From positions 21,356,281 to 21,420,280 of the forward strand of contig NC_088861.1 in NCBI RefSeq assembly GCF_963853765.1: a DNA stretch of 64,000 nt, in the 5' to 3' direction. The notes beneath the pieces were generated by a model. That model was not told where the DNA came from, searched no databases, and saw only the letters and a list, made by a program, of their open reading frames with translations. A program made the position numbers and the translations under genes. The stretch is from Magallana gigas. Taxonomy: Eukaryota. Positions within the stretch are counted from its first letter, which is position 1, and each line of letters opens with the position of its first letter. Of the stretch, positions 48,172-60,479 are shown piece by piece.

Positions 48172-49781
48172 TGTGCTTTTGTGCAATCATTTTAGAATTA
48201 TAAGAGTTCTATTTGTATGAATTTAATTCATTTATTTTAGATCCATGGTTTTAATAACGATTTCAACACAATGACTATAAGTTTGTAAAGTTCACGATGT
48301 AATAAGATTTTTCGTTAAAATTTCGACACTATTTCACATCAATAAAGTTGTGTTTATTCTAAATGCTTGCAAAAAGTTACCGGCATTATCTCATTCATCT
48401 TTTTAATCAGGTTTTTTTGTACATACATGTATGTGTACCCGGTAAATAATTTCTTATTGCAAGTTAATACTTTGTGAAATTCCCGCATTTATAGAGTTGC
48501 TGAATTGTTCCCCGGATCCACGCACCGATAGTCTTGCGTGTAGTGTTTGTGTACATATCTACAGACAATTTTTTTGTTTGTTAGAGATTAGGAAAAATCA
48601 TTGAACTAACAAAGTATAAGTAAGATAAATTCAGACCATACACACGACGGGTTGTGATGAGTTACCAATCAGGTGTTCGCGGAAAGGTGTGAATAACGGC
48701 ATCTCGAGTACACCTGTTCAGACGTCCAAATGTACACACAGATAGTTGTAAATTCCAATGACACCTAACAAGACAGACAATAACACCTGTTGTGTATAGA
48801 ACCCAAGATGAAAGACAATGCTGTGTATCTGATCAGCTTCCGTACATCGCACGAGTGATTTTTTCATGTGAAATCACGAGGCCATTACCAGCAATACGGA
48901 AATAAAATTGAAAATTATTTTATGAAATGCGGGTATATTTTTAATAAATGTACAATGCTTGAATATAATTTAACAAGTCTAGAGTTTGTACATGTATTTA
49001 TTTATAATCTATAATATAAAAGTGATTTTTTTGTTTATTTATTGCTACATAAATAAATAGCTGACGTCCAAGTTATTCGAGTCACCCGTAATATGGGGTT
49101 GTTATTTACTACAGCACATCAACAGCACATGTTTTTAGAAAAACATGATCTGAAATGTTTTCATTTCTCATTTTTAATTGGTTTAAAGTAAGGCTGTAAA
49201 TTAATTGATAAATCAGAAAGTGTTTACAGATAACAGAAATAAGACGTTTAAGCTCCCGACATTTTAATAGGATCGTCAGTTACAACATCACGTGTGTTTA
49301 GAAAAAAAAACAAGATGAATTCAATTGATTTGAATTTTGATCATATATTAATTGATTATTAAATATTTTTGGTTAATTTATTTCAATTTATTTAAGAACA
49401 AATGAATTAAAAGGTACCCATTTACGTCGAGTTTTCAGATCACAAAAAATTAACTTCACGTTGACAGCCCGGACAATTTTCTGGGTCCGTGCAACATAAG
49501 TCGACATTCTTTTGTTTTTAAATATGAAAAGGATATATATGTTTCAACCCTTGTTTAGCCATAATTTCTTTATTTCTAAACATACTCTATTTCTATCAAC
49601 GTCTCAGGTAACGATATCCACGGAGTAACACAGTGGCCACGGAGTTACACAGGCGAACACGGTGCAACACGGGGCTTTTTCTTGAATTGTCCAATACACA
49701 TACACTGTGTCACACCGTGTGCACGGTGCGACACAGACCGTTTTCCACCGTGTTTTCTACACGTAGGGTGTCGGGATACTC

Positions 49782-50219
49782 GTGAGCTGTACTGTACATT
49801 GTTGTTCCGTTTACGAGAAACGAACTGAATCATTTAGATCGCAGCTTGAATCCGAACCTGATCCTCTGCTGCGTACAACCAAGAAACCTCATAATAGAGT
49901 TTCTGCACAAACAGTCAGTAACTGGATAAAATCTGTTATGTTAGATGCAGGTATCGATACATCAAGATTTCAAGCGCATTCGTGCCGGATGGTCTCTTCA
50001 AGCAAAGCGCATAATACTGGAATACCTTTAGAAGAAATTCTATCAAAAGCAGACTGGTCAAATGCGCGAACATTGAAAACATTTTATTTGCGCAATACTC
50101 CATCTGATATATCTTATACACGTAATGTTTTGAATATGGTGAGTTTGGTAATTTTCGGCTTTAAACATGCATTATTATATCTCACGGATATATTTGAAAT
50201 ATATTTGAAGATTTTGTGA
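49782..50219 (+). pseudogene. C-terminal fragment of the tyrosine recombinase of DIRS-like element 2
   Basis: PHNRVSAQTVSNWIKSVMLDAGIDTSRFQAHSCRMVSSSKAHNTGIPLEEILSKADWSNARTLKTFYLRN is homologous to the YR C-terminus of element 1 (HSTR...Y). Confidence 0.65.
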
Positions 50220-52411
50220 GGGCGCGAAGCGCCCGAAATGAAATATAAATTATATGATAATATTGTAGTGAGATATAATAATGTACTTCCCTCCCACCCT
50301 TGCCCGATTATTTGCTAAGGAGGGTGGTACTGATTTATTGTTTATGTATAAATATTACATTTCACATTACAGTTGGGTTAATTTGTGTCGTATGTGTTGT
50401 AGGAGGATAACTCTGTACCAACAAACGCCACGACGCTCAGTTGAGACAGTCTACAGTTAACTGTGGTTCTACGGCAACAAGAGTGACAGATGAAAAACGA
50501 TCATAGTGAATTGCTAAACATTCCTGACTAAGCAATTTGATGAGAATAATTAATATTTTTTAGATATTATATAAATTCTGTCAAAATTACATTTTGAAGT
50601 TTTCTTTTTATGGCTCGCATTGAAAGTCATTGATTCTATCTATCGAATGGTTAGGGTTTACCTGGGGCATGCGCATCGGGTTTCATTAACCTGAGTGATT
50701 TTTATCTATTTATAGGTAGTCACACTTTAAAGAGCTGTATTTTTATTCTTGAATTGAAGGTCAATGCATTATTATATCTCACTACAATATTATCATAAAT
50801 TTTATATTTCATTTCGGGCGCTTTGCGCCCTCACAAAATCTTCAACTTTAATTATTTGGATTTACCATATAAGTTTCCCAGGCAATGATACTCATTTTTA
50901 ACAGTTTCTAAAAGTAGAAACTACAGCTGCTTTTTGTTACTTTTCTTGAACAAGAGGCCCATGGGACACATCAATCACCTTAGCAGACAATGGCGTACAA
51001 AGGATATTATGTCATATTGCCCCTCGGTAGAAAAAAAAAGATTACAATAAAATGAACTGTATTCAAATTTTACACTTATTTTCCTACACTTAATCTTTGA
51101 CATTGTACCCTTATGAAATACAATTTTTACCAAAAATAAGATCCTATGCAAGATATAAAACTAAATTTTTGGTATGGGTACACTGTTAACTCCAATTCCC
51201 TTTATTTTAGTTCTGCCCCCTCACTTTATAAAATGATCAAATTATATAAGAGAATATGCATATATGTAGGTACATATTTATCTTCAACTACATTGTACTA
51301 GCTAGTTATTGTATTTTATTAAAAAAAAATTCCTACATGTGAAAGTAGAAAATCTCATGGCACTTGAATTAAGAACATTCAAAAATTTGATTGGTCTTCT
51401 GCTTTATAAACGATTGTTGTTTACCAGGCTTGAACTTGTGCGACGTTATATAACCTTGCTCACTTGATCCATGAATACACTTGAAAGAAAAATGTTATCA
51501 TGTGATATGTTAAAGGACTATTACATGTATAGTCAATGCATAGGCGTCGGAACTGGGTTAAGCAAATTCATCTTTGTCAGTTTGACCCGTTTGTCATGTG
51601 TCAACATTCAAACATTCCATTTATTATTTAAAGTCCTGGATACCTTGGAAGATCACTGTTAAACATATTATAAAAATTGTAATATCATATTCAGTGATAC
51701 TGTTGGTAAATCACCGGTATTATGATTGGGAAAACCATTGTGTTTGTAATTAAGTTAAATATATGTAGTACATGTAATTGAATTTCGTCAACGTGTGTGT
51801 GTATGTTGTGTTGTGAATGTGTTTTCTAGGTTTCAAATTTCTTATATCATATAAAAGCATATACAAGCACGAATCCAAGTCTTCGATCGTTATTTCTTTA
51901 CGACCCTGTGACAAATGTACTGTAGTAACAGAATTATGGATTGATGTTGAAGAATAGATTTTGAGACAGTTTGATTTATTAATAACATTTGATAAACAAT
52001 TTGTTCTTTTTAGAAAATATAAAAATAGGGAAATTTATAAAAAAAAATTTTAACTTGGTAATTCTTATTGTGAAGCAATATATTTTTTCTTGTAAATATA
52101 AAAGTAACACTAATCCAAATATACATGAATTAAAAACTGTTATATTATAGAAAGGCTTTTGACCGAAAAATATATGCTAATGAAAAATTGTAGATATAAG
52201 GAATATGAAATCTATAGTGAAAATAAGCTTTAGTGCTGTAGTATAAAAGGATAAATTGTTTCTTTATATAATTGTGTTTTTTCTATTTTGTTTAGAACTG
52301 CAATGGGTTTTTTTAATTTCTTTATCCGCTTTCAAGTATCCATGTAAAACAGGGTCCTATCCCGTGAATATGGTTTAAATATTATATACATATGTAAACA
52401 ATGCCCCTACC

Positions 52412-52414
<3 letters not shown>

Positions 52415-52450
<36 letters not shown>
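52415..52450. repeat. (CT)18 microsatellite
   Basis: Direct reading. Confidence 0.95.
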
Positions 52451-52453
<3 letters not shown>

Positions 52454-54845
52454 ATTTACTTTTACTACACACGAACTGTACAGTATAAAAATATTCAAAT
52501 AGTCAAAAGTTTTCCAATATAATTGTATCAACTAATGTACCAGGTATGTCACATCTGTACATGTATATGTTGTGAAAGTAAAAAATTCAATTAAAGAAAG
52601 ATAAAAAATAAAGTCATCATCAACGTATATGTATGCATGTTGCATACAGAAAGTCGGGAAGGGGTGGCTTTACAGTATTGCAGTGTACTTGACAGTCCGG
52701 TATAGATCAGATTAGTTTATTTTAGGCAAAATGCATCTGTCAGGTAAAATTAAATTTTTAAGTGTGTTAAATCATAGTTTATAAACAATTTTTAATTAAT
52801 CTGTGTACCTGTGTATATTCTGTATTTGTTTGAAATATTTCCTTATTATTTTTCTATCTGTGATTTAACAATTATAGCTGCGTGGATCAAATTACATGCT
52901 TAGCCTGTTGTTGGGCAATATTTCTATCTACAAAGTTGGTCAGTGTTATCATATTACAATGTACTAATAACATGCATTAGATAAGAGTAATCAGGGGATT
53001 GATACCTACAGGGGGGAGTCTGGTATTTATGTTGATTGTTTAGAAGAAGAAGCAATTGTGAAGATGCTTGATTAAGAAGCTATTATTTTCATTCAAATCT
53101 ACTCCTACCTTTACTATTTGTACTGGTGTGCTATTATGGATTAATGCAGTAAGTGTGTATTTGCCGAGGTACATAACTACGTAACTTATGAGATACTTTG
53201 TGAACTGAGTTTTGTGCTTACAAGAAGTCATGGGGCCTAAAAGAGCGTCCCGACCCGCGCCATACAATCCAGACTTGCCAGTGAATTGGACGGCAGCAAG
53301 ACTAAAGGAAGCTTTGGATTCTCGCGGAATCGCATACTCCTCTAACGCACGAAGATCGGCGTTAGTTGGTATGTACAGAGAGTGAAGTCCCAGGTTCTAT
53401 AAAAAGAACTTCGAATGATAGTGCGCGTTCCCATGATCCTTCACACCAAAACATCAATGGCGACTCGAATGATAGGCAATCCCCTGATGCCCTACACCAA
53501 AACAACAATGGCGATCACAGTGTACTAATCGATCTCGAGTCGAAATTATCTTCAACAGTGCAGTCGCTGCAACAAAATGTAGTACATCTTACATCACGAG
53601 TGAACTCGTTGCATGCAACTGCTATAAATCCATCGTCGACTGCAAGGAATAATGATGAACCAGGAAGCCAAACTCCGGCGAATTCAACTACAACCACAAT
53701 GAATCCCGAGTCTTCTTTCACACTGGACACGGCCTTTGCCCTATTTCCGCGGCAGCTGCAGGATCGCCAACACAGGGCCCGGAATTGAAGAGGACGAGAT
53801 TCGGATTCGCAGCAGAATCTCTCCTTCTGGTAGAGACCATCTCGCCTCATCTGTGCCTCCAAATTACATCAGGTAAGGATGTCAATTTAGCATCCTTGTT
53901 AATACCATATTTCTCTCCCCCTGACGAAAAAGATGATAACAAGAAGCCGGATAAACGACTGCAGAAGTTGCTAAACATCGGTGAGTTCATTCAAGCTTTC
54001 GGAAAATACAAAAATATAATGTGTCCGTATATAAGCATATCCCCAAAGAAGACAGGAGTTAGATTTGTACGATAGGGATATCATTGACATGGCTACCGGC
54101 TACACAGGCAATGGGTTCTACGAATATCATCGTCAATTCAGTCTTATGGCCGCTTCACATCTTAAGTATAATAACATTCTCATTGACTAGTCTGTGTGGA
54201 ATAACACTTTATTTTGTAATTTGTTTGCGAATGCCAGACCGCAGTCATGTGCAACCTGCAACAGTACGCTGCACTCTACAGGCTTTTGCCCTATTACCGA
54301 CAAAGTTAGGGATAAGAGAAATGGGGACATGGATTTTTATGGACGTCGGAGAGAATTTCATGAAGGTAGAGAAATATGTAACAACTTCAATGGCTTCAGA
54401 GGCTGTCACATACCTAGATGCAAGAACGCCCACATCTGCATCAGTTGCAGAGGAGACCACTCTTAACACAATTGCAGCTCAAAAAATCCCAGCAGCCCCA
54501 CACAAATGGGGCTTTCAAAAAGATGTAACATCCAGTTTCGATAATAAGTAACAACTCCCATCAACATAGACAGTCTTCAAAATCTTCTACAACATCATCC
54601 CGACACCCAATTTACAGAATATCTTATGAATGGTTTATGTTTTGGCTTTCATACTGGCTTTCAGGATCTTCCAAAGAATTCTCTGGAATGCAAAAATCTA
54701 AAGTCAGCTTCATTAAACTCGGACAGCGTTACAGAGATCGTAAACTAAGAACTAAACCTGGGTTACTTGTATGGTCCATTATGCTATTAGACTATAATTA
54801 AATTATGCGGGAAAGGAGCATCACTTATTAAAACCGACATTACTG

Positions 54846-55635
54846 ATGCCTTCAATATCATGCCTATATCATATGAGTTATGGCCATATCATGGAATTAA
54901 GTGGGATGATAAATACTATTTTTTCAAGCGCCTTGTCTTTGGAAGCAGATCAAGTCCAAAGATCTTTGATGCCCTGTCTTCCGCTGTGTGTTGGATTGCA
55001 GAGAAAAAATACAAGATATCATACCAAATGTGCTGCACCTGTTGGATGACTTCCTAGTTGTGGTCCCACTATTTGATGATGCTCATAAAGTGATGGAGAG
55101 ACTCCTGGGGATACTGGTATTTAGAACCCTCGGGATTCCTCTATCGGAGAAGAAAACCAAAGGACCTTGTACAGAACTAGAATACCTTGGGATAATATTA
55201 GACTCCTGGAACATGGAAGCCAATTTACTGTCGGAGAAGATTGATCATATCTTATCTATCGATAATTCCTTCAAAACACGCAAATCATGTACAAAGAGAG
55301 AATTGCTCAGTTTGCTGGGACATCTCAATTTTGCTTGCAGAGTTGTTCTGCCAGGTCGATCTTTCATTTCTCACCTGATAGCCTCATCAACCACAGAGGA
55401 GCCGCTTCATTTCCATGTCTACTTAGACAGTTTGTGTGGGGACAACGTTGCTATGTGGTCAGATTTCTTAAAAAGCTGGAATGGAGTGTCCTTTTTCATC
55501 GACGATAACATGACAGTCAGGCTGCGGATATGCAGTTGTTTACAGACGCAACCCTTACATCCTTTGGAGGCTTTTACCAAAATAAGTGGTTTCAAGGAGA
55601 TTTCCCTGACAACATTTCCAAGGAAAACACATTGA
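54846..55635 (+). CDS. Reverse transcriptase module of element 3, split across two overlapping frames (54846-55057 and 54988-55635)
   Basis: F..LVFGSRSSP and LDDF motifs. Confidence 0.55.
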
Positions 55636-56255
55636 TGGTTCTTTTTGAGCTATATCCTATCGTTATGGCCTGTCTTCTGTGGGGTGATACTTGGCCAAGG
55701 AAACGCATTCTTTTTCATTGTGACAACCAAACAACTGTTGACATTATTAGGAAAGGATGCTCAAAAGTTACAAGCATAATGAAACTAATGAGAACTTAAA
55801 CCTTTCATGCAGCCTGTAACCATTATATCATTCATGCTGTTCATATTGATGGCGTCAAGAACACTATTGCTGACTCTCTCTCTCATACCAGATGTAGAAG
55901 TTTCGAACCCTGGCACCAGAAGCCGACCTGATGCCAACACCATGCCTGGAACATTCGCAGCTAATGAAGGACTGAGGGAGCAGTTAATAAACCAATTATG
56001 GGATGCATCCTTAAGCAGTTCAACCAAGAGGGCCTACAGTTCAGCGTTACAATGTTTTCTGACATTCATTTCTATGAGTGGAATTGTGTTTTAATCCTAC
56101 TGTCTTCCAATAGTAAATGAAACTTTGCTTAATATGTATTTTGTCACTCATTGTAAATCTGTTTTAAAACTCAAGTATGACACTATCAAATTGTATTTAG
56201 CAGGTTATTTAGTAGGGAATGGTTTTAGTATATTAGAGCAGGTCATGGAGATTTT

Positions 56256-56876
56256 ATGAATAACTTTAACCAGCTACAGTATGTTTTGCGAGGGGTGAAA
56301 AAGTCTCAAAACAATGTCTCTAACAACAGATTACCTATTATTGCCAGTATATTGAAACAACTGTGGCATGAACTTGACAATGGAGCTTTTTCTCCATTTC
56401 TAGATCTGATGTTGAAATGTATGTTCTCCTGTGCCTTTTTTTCGGGTTTTTTAGATGTGGTGAAATTACTTGTAAAAAAGCAAACTCTGTACATTTTCAA
56501 AAAAAATTTTGATGTTAGCTTTGGATGTAATTGTTTTGTCCTGAGGTTGAGAATGTCCAAGACCGATCCATTCTCACACGGTGTTGATATTACAATATTT
56601 GAGAATGATGTTTTCAAACCTGTACATAACATGTGTCTATATATGCAGACCAGAAGATCTTTGTCGTGCTCTCCACATTCACCTTTGTTCATTACGGATG
56701 AATTCAATCATGGACTTATGCATAGAGATAAATTTATTCACCATCTGAGATCCTTACTCATGCGAATTGGCCTGAACGATTCTAGATATGCAGGCCACTC
56801 CTTCAGGATTGGGGCAGCCACAGCTGCAGCCGCAGCAGGCGTTGAAGACTATGTGATTAAAGATCTGGGTAGATAG
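56256..56876 (+). CDS. Tyrosine recombinase ORF of element 3, 206 aa
   Basis: C-terminal GHSFRIGAATAAAAAGVEDYVIKDLGR resembles the HxxR...Y catalytic tail of YR enzymes. Confidence 0.5.
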   Translation: MNNFNQLQYVLRGVKKSQNNVSNNRLPIIASILKQLWHELDNGAFSPFLDLMLKCMFSCAFFSGFLDVVKLLVKKQTLYIFKKNFDVSFGCNCFVLRLRMSKTDPFSHGVDITIFENDVFKPVHNMCLYMQTRRSLSCSPHSPLFITDEFNHGLMHRDKFIHHLRSLLMRIGLNDSRYAGHSFRIGAATAAAAAGVEDYVIKDLGR

Positions 56877-57296
56877 TCTTTTGACTGTTATGTTAGATAT
56901 ATAAGAACTGATCCCGAAGTTCTCAAAGATGCGCAAAGAAAGCTGTGTAACTTTTGACTTCATATATGTGTACCTTTTGTGTGTTTTGTAAACTAAATTA
57001 TTGGTCATATATGGTATGGAAATAGGTATTAATTTTCAAATTCAACCAATCCTTCATCAAACATATCCTTTGGGGTTTCACTCATTACTTCGTTCATTTT
57101 GCATTCATTCCTTGGGAATTTCGCCCCAAGTCTATGTTTTAAATTTTTGTTCGAAGTCTTTAAGGCACTTAGATATATTAATTATACTATTTTTATACTA
57201 TAGGAATTATGCATATGTTGGTTAATGTAGTCTAGTTGTCTAGTAAGTATTTGAATACACCGGTAGTCTGGTTAGTATTGTAGCTTTGAATACAAC

Positions 57297-57720
57297 TTGC
57301 AGTTGGTTTATTCCTTTATGCTCACTGGGACCAGCCCCGAGCGCAATCTGTTCTTGTCTCGAGGCCCGCTGGAGATCAGCCCCGGGTCATGCTTCGTTCT
57401 AATTTATGCTCGCTGGGATCAGCCCCGAGCGCAATCTGTTCTAGTCTTGAGGCCCGCTGGAGATCAGCCCCGGGTATGCTTTGTTCTAATATATGCCCGC
57501 TGGGATCAGCCCCGGGTTATGCTTCATTCTAATTTATGCTCGCTGGGATCAGCCCCGAGCGCAATCTGTTCTAGTCTTGAGGCCCGCTGGAGATCAGCCC
57601 CGGGTATGCTTTGTTCTAATATATGCCCGCTGGGATCAGCCCCGGGTCATGCTCTGTTCTAATTTATGCTCGCTGGGATCAGCCCCGAGCGCAATCTGTT
57701 CGTCTTGAGGCCCGCTGGAG
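57297..57720 (+). repeat. ~60-bp minisatellite in about 7 copies, organised as ~120-bp dimers
   Basis: Unit ccgctgggatcagccccgagcgcaatctgttctagtcttgaggcccgctggagatcagccccgggtatgctttgttctaatatatgc, read directly. The ORFs at 57297-57662 and 57493-57708 are artefacts of the repeat. Confidence 0.85.
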
Positions 57721-58079
57721 ATAAGCCCTGGGCATGGGTTTTGTGTCGTGGGAAGGAATGAGTAGCCCCCAAGCGCCAAACTATTTACATATGTATTTTG
57801 GGTGTTGACAAATATATGTTTATTATTGTTTTATGTATGATTGTATTTCGGTTTGGAGCGTTTGTATTTTTAGCTATACTAAATGTTTGGGTATAAGACC
57901 CAATAAATTTTTTGCTTCCTCTTAACTCTTGTTAATTGTTTATGAACAGATCATTAGTATAGGACTACAACATTGCATCCTCAAATAATTTGATGAAGTG
58001 AAGCCATTAATCATTACCTTTTGATTAAAGTAGAGGTTTATGCATACTAGGTATATTTAGGAAACAATTTAGGAAATTC

Positions 58080-58560
58080 AATTTAAAACAAGAGATGGTT
58101 GTGAAACACTTATGCCCCCCTCCCTGGGAAACATCCACAAAGAAAAGAACGTAAACTGCAAATATTTGGAATTTTTCCAAGTCAAAGGGGCATAACTGTC
58201 GAAAATGGCTCAATCATACCCAATATCGAACTTGACCTAGATATCATCATGATAAACCTGTCTACCAAACTTTATTTCAATATGTTCAACCTCTGCAAAG
58301 AAAATGAGCGGAAACTGCAAATAACTGGAATATTTCTAAGTCCAAGGGCCATAACTCTGTCGAAAATGGCTCGATCGTACCCAATATCGAATTTGACCTA
58401 GATATTAACATGATAAACCTGTCTACCAAATTTCATTTCAATATGTTCATTCTCTGCGAAGAAAATGAGCGGAAACTGCCCTTCTAAGTCCAAGGGCCAT
58501 AACTCTGTTGAAAATGGCTCAATCGAACCCAATATCGGACTTGACCTAGATATCATCATG
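58080..58560 (+). repeat. Tandem ~130-bp repeat x 3 (gtcgaaaatggctcaatc.tacccaatatcgaacttgacctagatatcatcatgataaacctgtctaccaaa.tt.atttcaatatgttca.c.tctgcaaagaaaatgagcggaaactgc...). A related copy lies at 38860-39070
   Basis: Direct reading. Confidence 0.75.
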
Positions 58561-58859
58561 ATTAACCTGTATTAACAATGTACATTGAAATAAAACCCAC
58601 CCATGCCATGCTAATACAATGGAAGCATTATTATAGTGATCAAAATCTATTAGAATCAATCACTCTTACATGTACCTGTAGTCATAAATATGTTTGAATG
58701 CAACTAAAACTATAAGACACTAAAAGCCATCTAGTGTGATGATTCCTGTGTATTGCACTTAAATCTGTAAAATTCAATAAAATCATCAATATTAATGAGT
58801 AAATAAAATATTAAACAAGAATAGAATTCCTGGGTCCCCCGCCGGTCAAGCAGTATACT

Positions 58860-59230
58860 AGTATCGAGTCTATCGACCAAGGCTGATTTAGGAACTTGAC
58901 CAAGGTATTAGTGGTATAAACATTTGGTATAAATTTAATGAAAATCCGTCAAAATTTGTAGGCATGAGAGCGCTTACAAGGTCAATTTTTGGATAAAACG
59001 GAGTCATTATTGTGGTCAAAGTCCCATAACTCCAACAAAAAGTATCAACCAATGCTGAATTTCGAACTTGACCAAGGTAATAGTAGTATAAACATTTGGT
59101 ATAAATTTAATGAAAATCCGTCAAAATTTGTAGGCATGAGAGCGCTTACAAAAAAGTGTGACGGACGGACGCCCGGCATTTCTATGTCCCCGCTCCGCGT
59201 TGTGGCGGGGGACAAATAAAATAGAGGCCA
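58860..59230 (+). repeat. Two ~125-bp tandem units ending in a GC-rich hairpin, gtccccgctccgcgttgtggcgggggac (59185-59212)
   Basis: Direct reading. Units: ...cttgaccaaggta.tagt.gtataaacatttggtataaatttaatgaaaatccgtcaaaatttgtaggcatgagagcgcttacaa. Confidence 0.7.
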
Positions 59231-60479
59231 AAAATTTTTCTACAGGCTTAATTTGAGGCCAGGACAAAATTTGAGAGCAAAAGTCCTCATTCCAAAAAGT
59301 GTTTGTTTTCCAGCTTTTTTGCGTGGACCCTGAGGTCCACGCACAAAATATATAAGCGAGGTTAAACCGGATGCTATGGGGAAAATTCAGCATGAGCTAG
59401 CCTGGTTCCTGTGCGTAATGGGTAGCTCAGGGAACCAGGCAAGCACGCGTTTATCTGAATCGGGATCGGGATTCCATGCCATATGCACACATAAGTTCAA
59501 AGGCGGTAAATGTAAGGTTGTCGGTAAACAGTACAGAAACAAAGAATTCTTTTAAAGAAATGATCGGCTTGTGATATAAACTGTCAGTATTATGAAATAA
59601 GTTAATGTTATGCTGTAACTACAACAGGCATCAAATAGCATAATTTGCAATGTTTTGTTGTTTTCCAAATAACACAAGTAGCTTAACTTTACTTTTATAG
59701 TAGGCGAGGCTAAAGTACTTCCCGATTAAAAATTTTTAAGCACTTAAGTATGATTGAATAATTATGTAACTGTAAATAATAGATGATTGAATAATTATGG
59801 CACTGTATAGAAGTTAAAATTTCAAGAAAAATGCATCAAAATATGAAATTAATTTACACAAAGCTGTCACTGCATAGTTTTATAAAACAAAGTAGTGCGA
59901 AACGTAATGTGTGGGCAAATAGTAGAATTCGCCAAATGCCTGATACTTTACATGCAATCTTCATTAATATAGATCATAATTATTTTAGTAGTATGCACCC
60001 TATAAATTCTGAGATAAAAAGTCAGGGTTATACATTTACGTAATACAACGTACAAATTTAGTGGTTAAAAGTAGGCTGCTAGAGTCGGTGGAATATCTGA
60101 TAATCTTAAGGCTTTCACGTTTTCGTTGGAAACACATGCATATGGTCCACGTATTGCAGTCCTTTTTTAAAGGACAGCAACTTGTCTTACAATAGCTGGT
60201 CACTTTGTTTATAGTTAAAACAACGCAGTCAAATTCCAAACCTCTCCTCCAATGGTAAAATTTTTAAGTTTACAAGTAAAACAAGAGGCAAATTGGCCTT
60301 AACAGTCACCTGCGTAGCATATAACCCATACACAAACTTTTCGAGGAGTCTCATATATGCATCTAACTAATTAAGTTTCATTCTGGAGTAGAAAAATTAT
60401 AAATTTGTAATAACGACCACCTCTCTGCCTGCAATCTTTCAAAAATAACTGTGAAACCTATAATTTTGGCGAAAAACTT

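Larger units (their letters stand above)
44480..50840 (+). mobile_element. Degraded DIRS-like YR retrotransposon with intact terminal architecture: left ITR about 44508-44670, internal complementary region about 50205-50285, right ITR about 50634-50838
   Basis: 50634-50838 is the reverse complement of 44508-44670. The ICR 50205-50285 joins the reverse complement of the outer tip of the right ITR to the outer tip of the left ITR. ORFs appear in DIRS order (gag-like, RT, RNase H, YR C-terminus) but carry frameshifts and an internal 2.4-kb non-coding stretch with (GA)n and (CT)n microsatellites. Confidence 0.75.
53230..56880 (+). mobile_element. Third YR retrotransposon of a distinct family (DIRS/Ngaro/PAT-like group): gag-like region, RT, RNase H and tyrosine recombinase, with frameshifts between modules
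   Basis: RT: FKRLVFGSRSSPKIFDALS and HLLDDFLVVV (54846-55635). RNase H-like: FTDATLTSFGGF (55530-55799). YR C-terminus: AGHSFRIGAATAAAAAGVEDYVIKDLGR (56256-56876). A Cys/His-rich segment lies at 54194-54466. A 60-bp minisatellite follows at 57297-57720. Confidence 0.6.

Noticed and set aside
57297-57708. Two overlapping ORFs of 121 and 71 aa
   Set aside because: They lie entirely within a 60-bp minisatellite and translate to a repetitive peptide.
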